In this document: piece after piece, positions 12,601 to 25,460 of the stretch
How the letters are laid out: each line of letters begins with the position of its first letter
Numbering within the stretch: position 1 is the first letter of the stretch
Assembly (NCBI RefSeq): GCF_963921235.1
Contig: NC_086102.1
Location: 35,154,001 to 35,218,000 of the forward strand
Direction of reading: 5' to 3'
Source of the DNA: Mobula hypostoma
Taxonomy: Eukaryota
Length of the DNA: 64,000 nt
Translations under genes and position numbers: made by a program
Notes under the pieces: generated by a model
Told to the model about the DNA's origin: nothing
Seen by the model: the letters and a program-made list of their open reading frames with translations, nothing else
Database searches by the model: none

Positions 12601-13930
12601 CAACTCATCCCAGTGACTGCAATTTTGTCCTGTGATCTGCCTGCATTCTTGACAGTCTCTGCACACTGTTTTTGCTTGTATACCAATAGCCCCTTTCTCA
12701 GCCCTATCACTCTGTTTCCCATCCTCCTGCCAAATTAGTTTAAACCCTCCCCAACTGTTCTAGCAAACCAGCCTGGAGGGATATTTGAGTCCTGACGAAG
12801 TGCCTCGGTTTGAAATGTCGACTGTATTTCTTCCTATAGATGCTGCCTGGCCTGCTGCGTTCCACTAGCATTTTGTATGTGTTGCTTGAATTTCCAGCCT
12901 CTGCAGATTTCCTCATGTTTACAAGGATATTGTTCTCCCTGGGGTTGAGGTGTAACCCATCCCTTTTGTACAGTTCATAACTTCCTTAGAAGAGATCCCA
13001 ACGATGTAGACATTTGAAACTGTTTCCCCTGTACCCGTTCCTCAGCCACACATTCCTCTTACAAATCATCCAATCCTATCCTTGCGTGGCACAGGCAGCA
13101 ATCTGCAGATTGCTACTCTGGAGGACCTTCTTTTCAGTTTTACAACTAGGTCCCTAACTTCTCTCCTCAGGATGTCCTTTCTTTTTCTACCTTTGACATT
13201 GTTGTACCAAGACTTCTGGCTGCTCATTCTCCCCTTTTAGAATGTCATGGATCTGATCCAAGACATCCCTGACCCTGGCACCTGGGAGGCAACATACCAT
13301 CTGGGTACCTCTACTGCATCCACAAAATCTGGTGTCTTCGCCTCTACCTGTGGATTTCCCCATCACGACTGTAGTCCTCTTCTTCCTCCTTCCCTTCTGA
13401 ACCATGGTGACAGATGCAGTGCAGAGACCCAGTCACTGTAGCTTCCCCCTGCTAGGTCCTCCACACCCCCACCCCCTATCAGTATCCAAAGCAGTATACT
13501 TACTATTGAGGGGAACAGCCACAGGGGTGCTCTGCACTGGCAGCCCAGCTCTTTTCTCTGTCCTGACAGTCACACTGGTACCTGCCTCCTGTAACTTAGG
13601 AGTGACCATGTCCCTGTAGCTCCTATCTGGCACCTCCTCTGTTTCCTGTATAAGTCGAAGGCCATCGAGCTGCAGCTCCAGTTCATTAACACATTCTCTG
13701 AAGGGCTGCAGCTGGTGCAGATGTGGTTATCCGGGAGGCCGTAGGTCTCCCAGAATTCCCACATATCACACAGTCCCCGCAGATGAAGAATGAAGATGAA
13801 AAAGAAACTTATCAGATACTTACCTCGACTAAGCTTGTTCTTGCTGAAAACTGATGAACCAAAGCCTCCACACTCTAACACTGGTCCACTCACACAATGG
13901 CCACTCCACCTGTCCCTACCTTATTTTTAT
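9675..13930 (-). mobile_element. Near full-length degenerate CR1 LINE (ORF1 zinc finger/esterase + ORF2) in NXPE intron 1
   Basis: ORF1 motifs CDMWEFWE..LPDNHICTSC and VCCLPGARVRDV; ORF2 motifs ESLCVEL, MGDFNMQVD and LVRPGFEYC. Confidence 0.9.
12786..12920 (+). mobile_element. Penelope-like 3' terminal fragment with degenerate hammerhead motif, nested in CR1
   Basis: agtcCTGACGAagtgcctcggtttGAAAtGTCgact followed by the same tail as the 51277 and 62855 copies. Confidence 0.75.
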
Positions 13931-14604
13931 TTGCCCTTGCTAATGAAGGCTATTTGATAGGGCTGCTAGAAAACATAAAGAAATAAGATAATACAAGATG
14001 CTATCTTAACATCTCTCATAATTTTGGATACCTCTATCAAATCTCCTGTCATTCTCCTGTGCTCCAGGGTGCTCCTAGGAGTTGGACAATCAACGTGGGG
14101 GATGTTTAAAAAGAGCTAGCTTTCAATTAGGATGATGATCAAGAGTTTAAAGGCAGATCTTTGCAGCAGTTTCTTTCAGTCGATGAGCGACCAATCAGCA
14201 AGAAGGATTCATTAGAAATAGCCAATAAAAACAGCCCAGGTGCAAGTGGAGAGGCATTCTTGTGAGTGTGCCAGTGTGAAGAGAAATGGTTGATGATGTG
14301 TACTTCAGTTATTTTCCCCCAATTATATGCATTATATTGGTATATGTAAAGAATACTATTCCCTTCATTAACTGAGGTTAACTGTAAAGAATGTGCGAAT
14401 CAATTCATATTTCTCATTTGGTTAGCTTCAGGCACTGGTTCAGTAAATTCACTGTGCTCTCTAGGAAATAATTATAAGCATTTTTATCAATTTATTTTAT
14501 CTCCAATGTTTAGATGCCCTACAGAATATTATCTGCAGAAATCTTCACTGGAAAATACATGCTCTAATCACTGTATAACAATTCTATGATTTGAGCCATA
14601 TTCT

Positions 14605-15140
14605 TTCTTTCAAAATTTTTTATTAGTTTCTACATAAAAGAATACGGAGTACGAGAAAGCATATATAAAGGTTGAAAAAAAAACAACTTCCAGTTACATT
14701 GTATCTATTCGTAATAACAATCTCATTACCCGGTGGTCATGTAGGTTAGTTAAAGTTATATTGAAATATCCTAATTTATTACAAAAAAAATCTAACCCCT
14801 ACCAAGACCAAAGCTGTTTATTAAGGAGAAAAAAGGTAAAATACCTTCTTGTATAATAAAAATAAATAATAGCCAACATCTAAATTAAACAATGAATTGA
14901 GGGTTTTGAAAGTTTTGAAAATAATTTAGAAAGAGTCCCCACAATGTTTGATAGTCTTGATGAGATTCAGAAATTGAACGAAGAATCTTCTCCAAATCTA
15001 AACATTACATAACATCGCATAACCATTGAGCGTGAATAGGAGGAGAAACATTTTTCCATTTAAACAGAAGTGCCCTCCTAGCTAAATAAGAGAGCTAAAG
15101 GCTCTCTGATGTCTTCAACCTGATATCTTGTCCAGCAACA
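14605..15140 (-). mobile_element. L1-clade LINE 3' fragment
   Basis: T-rich end with tttatt (minus-strand polyA signal); degenerate ARRALLFKWK...LEKI-like ORF2 C-terminus on the minus strand. Confidence 0.6.
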
Positions 15141-15271
15141 ATACTGAATAGTATATTACATAATGAATATAATATTAGAACTATATTCTATAATGATTTT
15201 TGACTTGATAATGCTGAACATTAATAAAAAAATGAGTGTGATGATGTTAAAAATAATGTTCCGTTTCATAG

Positions 15272-16059
15272 TTCAAGCAGTTTTCAACTCCCAGAGGAAA
15301 GCCTGAAAGTAGCAAATATCCAGGTCTGAAAGATTATTCCACAATACAGCAGGAAGACAAAGTACAGGAGACTGAATGGATACACAGGCTGGTGCAGTTT
15401 GGGTATCTGAAAAACAGCTTCACTCCTGAAGAAAGATTGGAGGGTTCAGTCCTGATGAAAATGATTGAATGGCCAAAGCCTCCCATTGCCGAAGTTCCCT
15501 TTCAGAAAAGCAGTGACCCATCACATACTTGCTTTGTTATTTTAAATTCTGGAAAGACTTTCTATGTCGGAGAACAGTTACAAGTGATGCTGCGTATGTA
15601 TGATTTTGAAAGAAATCCAAAGCACTACGGGGGTGACTATCTCCAAGCCCGGATCCACACTCCAGAGTTGAAAGCCGGTTCAGCAGGAACAGTTATAGAT
15701 CACCAAAATGGAACTTATCACATCAATTTTACTTTATTCTGGCCAGGAGAAGTCCAAGTGTCTGTTTCCTTGGTTCATCCCAGTGAAGGGATCGAAGTAC
15801 TTTGGCCACTTCGTGAAGAACAGCCATTTAGAATATTTTTGACAAGTACTTTCAAATATGGGGCTATTTCAGAGGCTACCATATGCAATGTATTTTTACC
15901 TCAAACTAAACCAATTTGTAACTTTACTTATCATAACACTGGGGAGCCGTGGATCTGCTACAAACCAAAGAATCTTCCCTGCTCTTCTGATGTCAGCTAT
16001 AAACAAGCAGGATACGTGAAGCTGCCTTTGGCCGGGGAAGACCTCAGATTTTTCCAAAT
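15272..16059 (+). CDS. NXPE3: NXPE3-like coding exon 2 (neurexophilin/Ig-like domain)
   Basis: tttcatag| acceptor in frame; open for 788 nt; motifs PKHYGGDYLQARIH, AGSAG.V.DHQNGTY, FTLFWPG, VSLVHPSEG, TGEPWICYKPK.LPC; AT|gtacgt donor (phase 2). Confidence 0.93.
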
Positions 16060-16576
16060 GTACGTTATTGACATTATTTCTATTATATTGTAACTTCGTT
16101 TCTTGATTTAGCAAGACTGCAGCAAGATTGCTCTATGTGTGTGAGGTATGGAGCAGTATGGAATTGCAGGTATTTCATGTTGTAGTTTCCAGCTGATATT
16201 CCAATATTGAAATGTCAGCTGTAAACAACACAATGACATACCTGCAAACCGTTTTGGTACAGTGACTTGCAGTCTATTTTAGCTGTAGATTTCAAATGCT
16301 TCAAAATGCCAGGTAGTGGATTATTAATGTTCCCTAAAGACATACAATTACATATACCAGAGTGGTTTATGTTATAGTTAAAAGGCATCTCAAGATACCA
16401 AAATATATCTATTGAATAGAAGGTATAACTGTATAGTTTTCTTATTCTGTTGATAACTTTGTAATTGAATGTTTACAAATTGGATTGCGCTGGTGCTACA
16501 TTTAGCACTAATGCCAAATCAAATAAACACCAAAAAATCATAAATTTGGTTAAAGGCCATTTGAAGGAGTGTTAGG

Positions 16577-16840
16577 GTGGTTCATCTGAAAGAAGAGATC
16601 CAAATACTGAAACATAGCCAGACAGAGTGTATTTGAAAAGTATTTTCAAAGCTGGGGATGTTTCAGAGACTACAGTATGCAGTCTGTTTTTGCCTCAAAC
16701 TCAACCAATCAGTAACTTTATTGATCTCAGGACAGGGGAGCCCTGGTTCTGTTACAGATCAGAGAACCTTCCCTGGTCTTCTCGCATCAATCATGCTATA
16801 GGAGGATACGTAAAGGATGTTTTAATTGGAGGAGAAGCGG
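16577..16840 (+). pseudogene. Decayed partial duplicate of NXPE exon 2 (3' third)
   Basis: PDRVYLKSIFKAGDVSETTVC...TGEPWFCYR..LPWSSRINH..GGY aligns to about 15770-16040; frameshift near 16615; two Cys lost. Confidence 0.85.
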
Positions 16841-17045
16841 TGTGTTACATACATTTTCATTTATCCTTATTATGTTACTGGTATTCACAGTATTTTCGGG
16901 TTTTACTTCAACATTTGCAGCTTGTTGCTTCTCAATTTGAATTTATTTTGTTTCTTTATTTTGGAGTTGTAACTAATTTAAGAGGTTTCAAGAGTTTCAT
17001 CGAAGTTTCCTCCTACACTCCAAAAAGGTGCTGGTCAGTAGGTTT

Positions 17046-17540
17046 AATTAGATTAGATTAGACTAGATTAGATTATGAAGACATGCAGTCCTCTCTTATT
17101 GTCATTTAATAATGCATGCATTAAGAAATGAAACAATGTTTCTCCAGAATGATATCACAGAAACATATGACAAACCGACTGAAAAACTGACAAAAACCAC
17201 ATAATTATAACATATAGTTACAACAGTGCAAAGCAATACCGTAATTTGATAAAGAACAGACCATGGCACAGTAAAAAGTCTTAAAGTCTCTCGAAAGTCC
17301 CATCATCTCAGGCAGACGGTGAACCTCCAGTGCCGCAAACTTGCCGATGCAGCATCCCGGAAGCATCCGACCACAGTCTGACTCCGAGTCGATCCGAAAA
17401 CTTCGAGCTTCCGATCAGCTCTCCGACACTGAGCACTGAGCACCATCTCTGCCGAGCGCTTCGACCCCAGCCCTGGCAACAGGCAATAGGCAAAGCTGAG
17501 GATTTGGGGCCTTCCCCTCTGGAGATTCTTGATCGCACAG
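17046..17540 (-). mobile_element. Non-autonomous retroposon with (TCTAA)n tail, 5'-truncated copy
   Basis: Homologous to 33400-34010 and 47230-47857. Confidence 0.8.
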
Positions 17541-17614
17541 TCGCATTACATACTATAAATTATCGCTATGTTGATAGGAAAATTGGGGGAGGGTGGATAA
17601 ATATCTGAAAAAGA

Positions 17615-18590
17615 TGTCAGGGAGTGGTAGCACCTCTGGTGAGGGAACATGTAGCGTCCTTTTCAAGGCGGTTAGTCCACCTTTGGTCCCCACCTGGCAC
17701 TCAGCTCTCACCTGTGGCTCCCCATAGCTGTTTGCTTGCGACAGCGGCCACACCCCGGGCCATGGCTTCGACAAGCCGGCTAAACCAAGTGATCTTAGCC
17801 GGCGGGTCTCAAATCCTCGGTGAGATAGGGAGTTGTCTATCCCAGCATGTGAAGACAGACTCTGGCGGATTGAGTGGATGGGACCAATGGAAGGTCCAAC
17901 AGTCAAGAAGGCGGTTTCTGCAAGCGTTGTGGAATGTGTCGAGTACGACAAGACACAGAAGTTGTCCTGCTCATCCACTGCTCCTAGTCCCATCTCCAGC
18001 CGTCTCGACTTCTGTCTTGTCACTGGATCCAGATGGGAATTGGGAAGGGAGAGTGAGCCTGATGCTGCACAACCCTCCCTCACTTAAATCCAAATCATGT
18101 GCTGGTCCCGACACCATCAAATGGTGTCAAGATCTTCATCAACATCAATGTTGGACGAACAACAATCTGAAAAAGAACAGGTGAAAGGACAATAAGAGAG
18201 GAAGTGGGATTTCTCCAAGCACACCCAGTCCTAGAAGAGGAAATTATGTTCGAACATCTCTGCTTCAGCTGTCCATCGATTTCGATGTTGACTGTTTTTA
18301 CACGCCTTGCACAGTAATAAGACAGACGGTGTCGTGCCCCCACCATACAGTCTCTCTGGGCTTCCAAATCTGACGCTAAGTGGTACACAGGAGTGTTACA
18401 GACTTCGCGGAAAAGGAAGCTGCCCCGCAGTGACAACTAACCGGTCTAGTGATGCTGTCCGTTGTCCAGCACTCTGGTTCCTCCACGTGCCACCAAGGTC
18501 GCTGTACCATTGACCCTTTTGGATTCATCCGCCACAGACACCATCAGACGCCCTGCTGCCAGCGTCTTCGTTGGGTGCAGCCTTTGCCTG
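17615..18590 (+). mobile_element. Probable RTE-like non-LTR remnant
   Basis: GC-richer block with RTE-like 5'UTR character and scattered peptide words (TKVAV, QRLRW); no continuous ORF. Confidence 0.3.
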
Positions 18591-21500
18591 GATACACTAC
18601 TGTATTACAATACAGCATAGAACATAGAACAATAGAGCATAGGACAGGCCCTTCAGCCTATGATGTTATGCCAATCTTTTAACCTTTTAACCTACCCCAT
18701 GATCAACCTAACCCTACCCTCATATATAAGCCCTCCATCACTTACCACTCTCTGTGTCAAAAAAACTACCTTTCACAATGTTTCAGATCGAAAGCCTGCA
18801 TTAGAACTTCAGGTGGGAGAGGACAGATGGCCAGCATAAAGTTAGAGTGGTGAGAAAGGGTTCTGAGGCGAATCGTGGAATGAAAGGTGATAGGCATCTG
18901 TCAGTCCCCCACTCCGTTCACCTCCACTACTTGACCCTAGCTGCCCATCATTTTTCACCCGTCCTCAGTCCACCAATTTCCAGTGGGGTCATCTACAAAT
19001 TTGTAGGTCACTTTGGAGCTGTGCTCAGGTATAGAGAGAGTGGAAAAGGCGCTAAGCATGAAGCACTTGAGGAGAGCCTGTGTCGATCGTCAGTGAGGGG
19101 GAGATGAGATTCCTCGAATGATAGTGGTCTCTCAAGTAAAGAACTGAAGGGTCCAATTGCAGAGGGAGTTATGAACACCCAGGTCTTGGAATTTGATTAT
19201 TTCACTGGACAACAAATTAACTTTTATTCAATGTAATGCATTTAACTGCATAAGGGTGCTGGCACCTTGCAGTAAAGTTCAGCTCAGCTAAAAATAATTG
19301 ACGATTTTTGTTTATAGTCAGTGTCTGAGGCTTCTCGTTTAAGTGTCAACAATAATCAGCCAGCACTGATGGATTCCAGTTGCCCTGATACTGTTTCTCC
19401 ATGACTGCAATGTCCCGGTGAAACCTTTCACCATGCTCATCACTGACTGCACCAAGACTTTGCAGGGAAGCAGTCTAAATGGAATGCAGAAAGTTAATCT
19501 TCAGTTACATGTTGCCCTTCATGGTTTTGTGTGCTTGAAACGTGTTGTCAATCAGCTGCACATAGTTTGCTGCTCTGTAGTTGCCAAGAAAATTTTATAT
19601 GATTTTCTCTGGTCCCACTAGAAGTACTTTGAATTACTTGTCATTGATAACCTGTTTAATTTGTGGACCAACAAAAATTCCTTCCTGAATCATAAAATAA
19701 CATGTTGCAACATAGATTGGATGGTCAAATCCAGTCTGCCGTATAACAGATGTTAGACACTCCCAAATGCTGACTGACCCTACTCCTACCATTTACAACA
19801 CTGCTTATCTGGAGCTCATTCTTCCATCAAACCCATGACAGGCTGATAGGCCACATTCATCATGAGAAGCAGAGTGAGGCCATCGGTGTATTGAGGCAGG
19901 ATTATCTTCCTGCCAAAATCTGGACAGCAAGCAACGAGCAATTTGCTCTGACTATAGCTGCCATGAGATCTGCCGGGAAAGTGGAATCCCTGAGAGCTTG
20001 AGGGAGAGAATGCGAGTGAAGGAGAGAGCAGGAATTGGGGAAGGAGGGGTGGGGCAAAGGTCAGCAAACAAGAAGAAAGTGAAGACACAGAAGGAGAGAG
20101 AGAGAGAGAGTAGAGAAAGAATGAGGAGTGGCAAAGAGAATGGGGGGGTGCAAAATGGAAGTGGGAGGAAAGAGAAACAAGCACATAGAGAGAGAGAGAG
20201 AGAGGTTTCATGCATCTTTGAATGTATTTAATACAGACTAATGGAAACAAATTTCACTGCTCTGCCTGGAACTGGATCCCACCTGGTATTAATTCATGTC
20301 ATTTGCATCATCCAGCGCCATATCATATTGACTTGGTAATCGACATCCAGAGCAGCAGGGATTGTCAAACCTGGACTGGATCCAGAGACCTCTGCCCAAA
20401 TTCCATTCCTCTTCCCTTGCAGCATTTCATCTAAAAGAGTTTCAGATTGAGTGTAACCTCCACATCTGATTGGAAACCACACAATCGCTGGAAGTAGAGC
20501 ATAGGAAAATCCAGAGGACACAAAAGGCCAGAATTGGAGCACTGGAGAAATATTACAGAGACAATCACAAAAGAACTGAACACTATTATGATTTTAAATA
20601 ACATTAAACATTATAAAATCAAAACATTTTCCATTGAACAATTCATTTTGAGGTAGTTTTCCTTTGGATCATTTTAAAAAATGCTGGCATTTGGTTATTA
20701 TTTAGCACTTTGATTAAAAGTGCTGTTAATTTTAAATGTGAAAACACTTCGTTCTGAATTTCTGAACAACCCTATATAACACACTGAGATTAATTATACT
20801 GTCTAAACATTGTTATTTCAATTTTAGTAGGAAACAAAATATTGGATCGTGAGCAATTATAATCTGTCAAATCAAACATGGTATTACACATACCTCCTGA
20901 AAGGATTGATCTCAGTCCATTTGTTTATGAATTACTGAGCTCTATTATAGAAAAGATGAAGATGATTATACCTCGTCTCTATGGTTTTAACCACTGAGTG
21001 CTAATAATTGGCATAGCTCCATCAACATGCAGATCCAATCATGAGCCTTGGTGTCATTTGGGTGGAGTTTGCATCTCCCAAGTGCTCCAGTCTCCTCCCA
21101 AATCCTGAGGCATACTGGTTGGTAGGTTAATTGGCTATCATAAGCTACCCATAGTACAGGTGAGTGACAGGAGAATTACAGGGGAGCTGAAGGATTTGTG
21201 AGAGAGAACAGGTACAGGGAATTAAGTTGGGGAATTGTATGGGATTGAAGGAATGCTTTGAGAGCCAGCGTAGACTCCACAGGCTCCCCTTCTATGTTGT
21301 AAGAAAATATCGTTTATGATTATTACAAAGCTTTTTTAAAGTACAATCGTTTCATAGATTCTGTGATGAAAGTACAGAACAGGTTAAATAAAAGGTGCAC
21401 AGTTAGTTGGATGATATGAAACTTCAAGTATATTAACCAATAAATATTATTTAAATAGATTTACAGATCAAGCAGTTCCTGACGTCTATTCCACGTGAAT

Positions 21501-21614
21501 GCGGAATAGTGTATATCGGGTGGAATTTGATTGTAAACAAGGTGGGACAGCGGAATCACAAACAAGAGACAAGCTGTAGATGCTGGAAGTCCAAGCAACA
21601 CACACAAAACAACG

Positions 21615-21782
21615 CAGTGGCATTGTTCCGATCAGATTACTTACGTTTATTTGGTTGATAACAGTCAAGGGAGCTCCCTAATATCACCAGCATAAATTTC
21701 ACGACATGCTGGTGATATTAGGAAGCTCCTTTGATTGTTATCAACCAAAAGGGTGAATAATCGGATTGGAACAATGCCACTG
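21615..21782. mobile_element. Fold-back MITE (about 78-bp arms, 12-nt loop)
   Basis: cagtggcattgttcc...ggaacaatgccactg termini; inner 43-bp arms have 3 mismatches. Confidence 0.85.
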
Positions 21783-22070
21783 CACTGATCATCCTCAAGC
21801 CTAATGTATTGGTTGTTAGTTACAGAGTTTGATACTTTGAGAAACCTCAGTAGAAATATCATTCAATGTAGGGCAAGCTGGATTTCGCTGGATTTGATGA
21901 GTTCTATCAATCATACTATTAATGTTATATTTAATGCCAAAGTTTTGGAAGCTATATTAATTGCATTGGGCTAGGTTGGAGAAATAGAATAGTTAAGGAC
22001 CTCCTTCGAACTGTCTCCTGAATATTTTACAATGAACATGTGACTTAATCTATGGTATTGACATTTGCAG

Positions 22071-22144
22071 TGGAGTGACCGTCAAGAGACCCATATTACC
22101 CTGTGGCATTGGTCATGTAATCGTAAAGCCATCTCCACGACAAA
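22071..22144 (+). CDS. NXPE3: NXPE3-like coding exon 3 (74 nt)
   Basis: ttgcag| acceptor and |gtaaga donor; phases 2/1 fit both neighbours; (I)GVTVKRPILPCGIGHVIVKP resembles NXPE3 GVNIKMPV..GPDWVTVIP as recalled. Confidence 0.88.
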
Positions 22145-23009
22145 GTAAGATCATTTACAATCATATTAATAAACTCATAGTTTGTTTGGTATTTAGAGGA
22201 AATATAAATAGAGAAGTGGAGCAGTTGTTGACATAAATATCGCAGATTTTTCAAATAAAATATAATTTAATGCACATAGTTCTTTCTTGAATTCGATGAA
22301 CATCAGCAATGCATTCTTTTAAAATTTGAACTTGTTCAGCAAAATGTACAGTTTTGTTGGGTTAATATTGATCCAGAATTTTACGCTGAATATATTTATT
22401 AATTTCCACCCAATTAGTGATTGTTTGTTATACGGGAGATATCATGACCAAGGTGTATTTTTGTAACTTTAGAATAGTTTAGATCAGATTATGAGGACAC
22501 ACAGTCCTCTTTTATTGTCATTTAGTAATAAATGTTTTAAAATATAATTTAAAGTATAATTACTTCTCTAAGACTAACACCTCACTCCTATTCTAGTGCA
22601 TCAATTAGTGGAGATGGATCATCATGAAATATATATCTAGCCTGAGCATCTCGGCTAGATTCCACAGAAACAGCAGCAATAAATAAAATTGTTGACTTTT
22701 TTAGTGGAAAAGCTGTGAGTTAAAAACCATGGTCAACTAGCTGCTAATCACTGGTTTGATGCAGAAATTATAGGTGAGATAATTACTAACAATCTTAAGC
22801 ATCTTCGTATACAAGTTATTCAGAAAGTAAAATTTCATAAATAAATACTGGTGTTGGTCCCATTGAAGTGGTATCTCCTTTAATGCAGATATTGTATTGC
22901 AATTAATACAGAATTAGTGTTATTGATTGAAACATCTGGGGCCAATTTTTGAATAAACGACTTTTCAAGTTTCTATTTGATTCCTTAGAAACAGTCAGGA
23001 GCTTTACTA

Positions 23010-23790
23010 TCAAACTATGGGCAACATCTCTGTAGGCAAAAGAGATTTGGATCGAGGCCCTGCAGGGCTGAAAGTAGAGGGTTGCCAGCTGGTATGAAAA
23101 GGAATGAGGGAACGGTGAGACAGAGGTTAGCAGGCATTTGATAGGGCTAGATGATGAGTGGCTGAGATAATCATGAGCAATCTTAAACATCTAGGCAGAC
23201 AGAACCAAGTCGGGGCCAGAAATGTTGAGACCAGTGCTGATCGGAGATAGGTGGAAAAATAAGAAAAAGGAAAATCTAGCAGGTGGGGCCAGGTGGGAGA
23301 GGGGAGGGTAGAGACTAAGGCTAGTAGGTAGTAGATGGAACCAAATAAGGGACAGGTAATGAGAAGATGGAGCCATTTGGGGGAAGGGTTATGAAAGGTG
23401 AAAAAGGGAAGAAGGAATGCAGGTGGGTAGGTATGTGCAGAATGGGCAGATGGAGTGATGGGGCAGGATAATGAGTTTAGGTAACAAAGGCTGTAGGAAT
23501 GGAAAAGGCAAACAAACCAAGCGCCTGAGTGGATTGGTGGTAGTGGGAAAGGAACAGAGGGGGCATGGGTTACCTAAAATTGGTAAATTCAATGTCCCTG
23601 CCATTGGGCTGCAGGCTACCCAAAAAGAATTTAAGATGCTCTTCTAGGTCGTATTTGACTTCATGACGGTGGAAGAGGCTGAGGACAGGCAGGTCAGTAT
23701 AGGGAAGGGAAGTCAAAATGGCATACAACTGAAAACTCAAGATGGCTATCACAGGCATTCTGCAGAATGATCGGCTTCTGTGAAAGTTAC
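23010..23790 (-). mobile_element. Degenerate Penelope-like 3' fragment
   Basis: LEEHLKFFLGSLQPNGRDIEFTNFR matches the C-terminus of the 51708..52034 ORF. Confidence 0.75.
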
Positions 23791-24356
23791 ACAAGATAGA
23801 CAGAACACAGACATCCCTTCACATTTTGCTTTGAATGCACAGACATGAGAGACACCCCATATGTAGACCATTCTCTCCATATTCAACAACTGGAATAAAA
23901 GGAGAAAAGTTCCTTTCCCATACTTTATTTTCTGGTATAGACCACCACAGCTGCATTGGAAGCAATCAGTAGTTGGAAGGTTGAGCTAAGAGGCTCAATA
24001 AATGCATGTATATATATATTTCGTTTCCTTCCATCCTCTCTGAGGAAATGAAATTGATGTGGACAGGAAGCTAAACTCATTTGGATATAAAACAATAATG
24101 GATCATAAACTCAGAGAGAGCTTTCATGCCACCACTCTCCCAGGACACTCCAGCCCTGACAAGAATCTTAAGAATCTTAATCATTATCCAGATGACCTAT
24201 AGCTGAATTTAGTGACACAATTAATATCTTGCTTGGATTATAATACTCTTTCCCTCAGTGTAACTCCTTTTTATGGAATTTCCAATTCGTCAATTAAGAA
24301 TATATTGATAGCCTAAGTTACAGTGTTTCCCGCCGCATGTTTCTTCCTCGCTTTAG

Positions 24357-24572
24357 GCTCAGCCACAGATCTCGGGGAATGTGTTCGGGGAAAGCCAGTG
24401 GTATCACCGGCTGGCTTTTATTTTATGAACCGATGGACATCAACAACCTGTAATATTTGTCACTTTGACACTCCTGCAAAAATTACAAAGTGCCTTCGTG
24501 GGAAAAAAGTGTATCTGCTTGGAAATTCTACAATACGCCAGTGGTTTGAATACCTGAATGTCTTCCTTCCAG
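24357..24572 (+). CDS. NXPE3: NXPE3-like coding exon 4 (start of PC-esterase/SGNH-like domain)
   Basis: ttcttcctcgctttag| acceptor and CCAG|gttagt donor; SPAGFYFMNRW...ITKCLRGKKVYLLGNSTIRQWFEYL. Confidence 0.93.
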
Positions 24573-24639
24573 GTTAGTACAATTTGTCTGGCTTTTTAAA
24601 ATATAAAACTGAAATAAGCACTACTCTTTTAGAGCTTAG

Positions 24640-25460
24640 AAACAAAAAGGTGGGTCACTCGAGTGGGGGCGTATTATAGATCTCCCAATAGTCAGTAGGC
24701 ACTTGAGCAGCTGGCTGGAGAAATTGTTCATAGTTGTAAGAATAAGTGGTTGCATTAGTGGTACATCTGAATTTTCCCAGTGTTCACTGAACTCCCCAAA
24801 GTGTTAAAGGCCTGGATGGGGTGGAATTCGTGAAATGTGTCGAAGAAAGATTCCTAAGTCAATATGCAGGAGGACCCTAACTGGGTGGGTGCAGTGCCAG
24901 AAGTACTCTTAAGGAATGAGGCAGAGCAAGAAACCGAAGTGTTAGTCATGGGGCACTTTGGCTCTGTTCACCATAATTCCTATTGTCTTCAGATAGTGAT
25001 GGAAAAGGATAGGACAGGTCCACAGGTTAGGGCTAATTTTGGGGGAATCAGTTAAGCTCAGAATTATTTATATTGTTGAGACATCTTGTGAAATTAGTTG
25101 TTTTAAGCAGCAGCAGGTCAGTAGTATCAGTCCTGCCTAGTAAAAATTACAGAGCGCCAAATGGATTTCAATACAGGTAAATGTGAAATGATGCAAATTT
25201 GAAAGTCAAACAAGCATTGATCTTATACTACGAATGGTGGGGCACTAGGGAGTGTAATGGAGCAGAGGAGCCTTAGGGTACAAGTGCTTAGTTCTTTGAA
25301 AGCAGCAACTCAAATAGGCAGTGTGGTGAAAAAGGCATTGAGCACACTGACGTTCATCGGTCAGGGCACTGAGCAGAAGAGTTGAGACTCCATGTTGCAT
25401 TTGTATAAGTTGTTGGTGAGACTGCACTTGGAGTTTTGTGCAGAGTACTAGTCACCCTGT
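24640..25460 (+). mobile_element. CR1 LINE fragments in intron 4
   Basis: GLDGVEFVKCV, MGHFGSVHHNS and LVRLHLEFC-like degenerate motifs. Confidence 0.7.

Noticed and set aside
14514-14567. Possible extra NXPE exon after a tttag acceptor
   Set aside because: In-frame TAA before any good donor; exons 1 and 2 already join in phase without it
16060-16093. ORF extension YVIDIISIIL as the protein C-terminus
   Set aside because: Read-through into intron 2 past the gtacgt donor; homology continues in exon 3
19816-20250. Ser/Leu/Pro-rich ORFs
   Set aside because: Low-complexity purine-rich (GA)n tract
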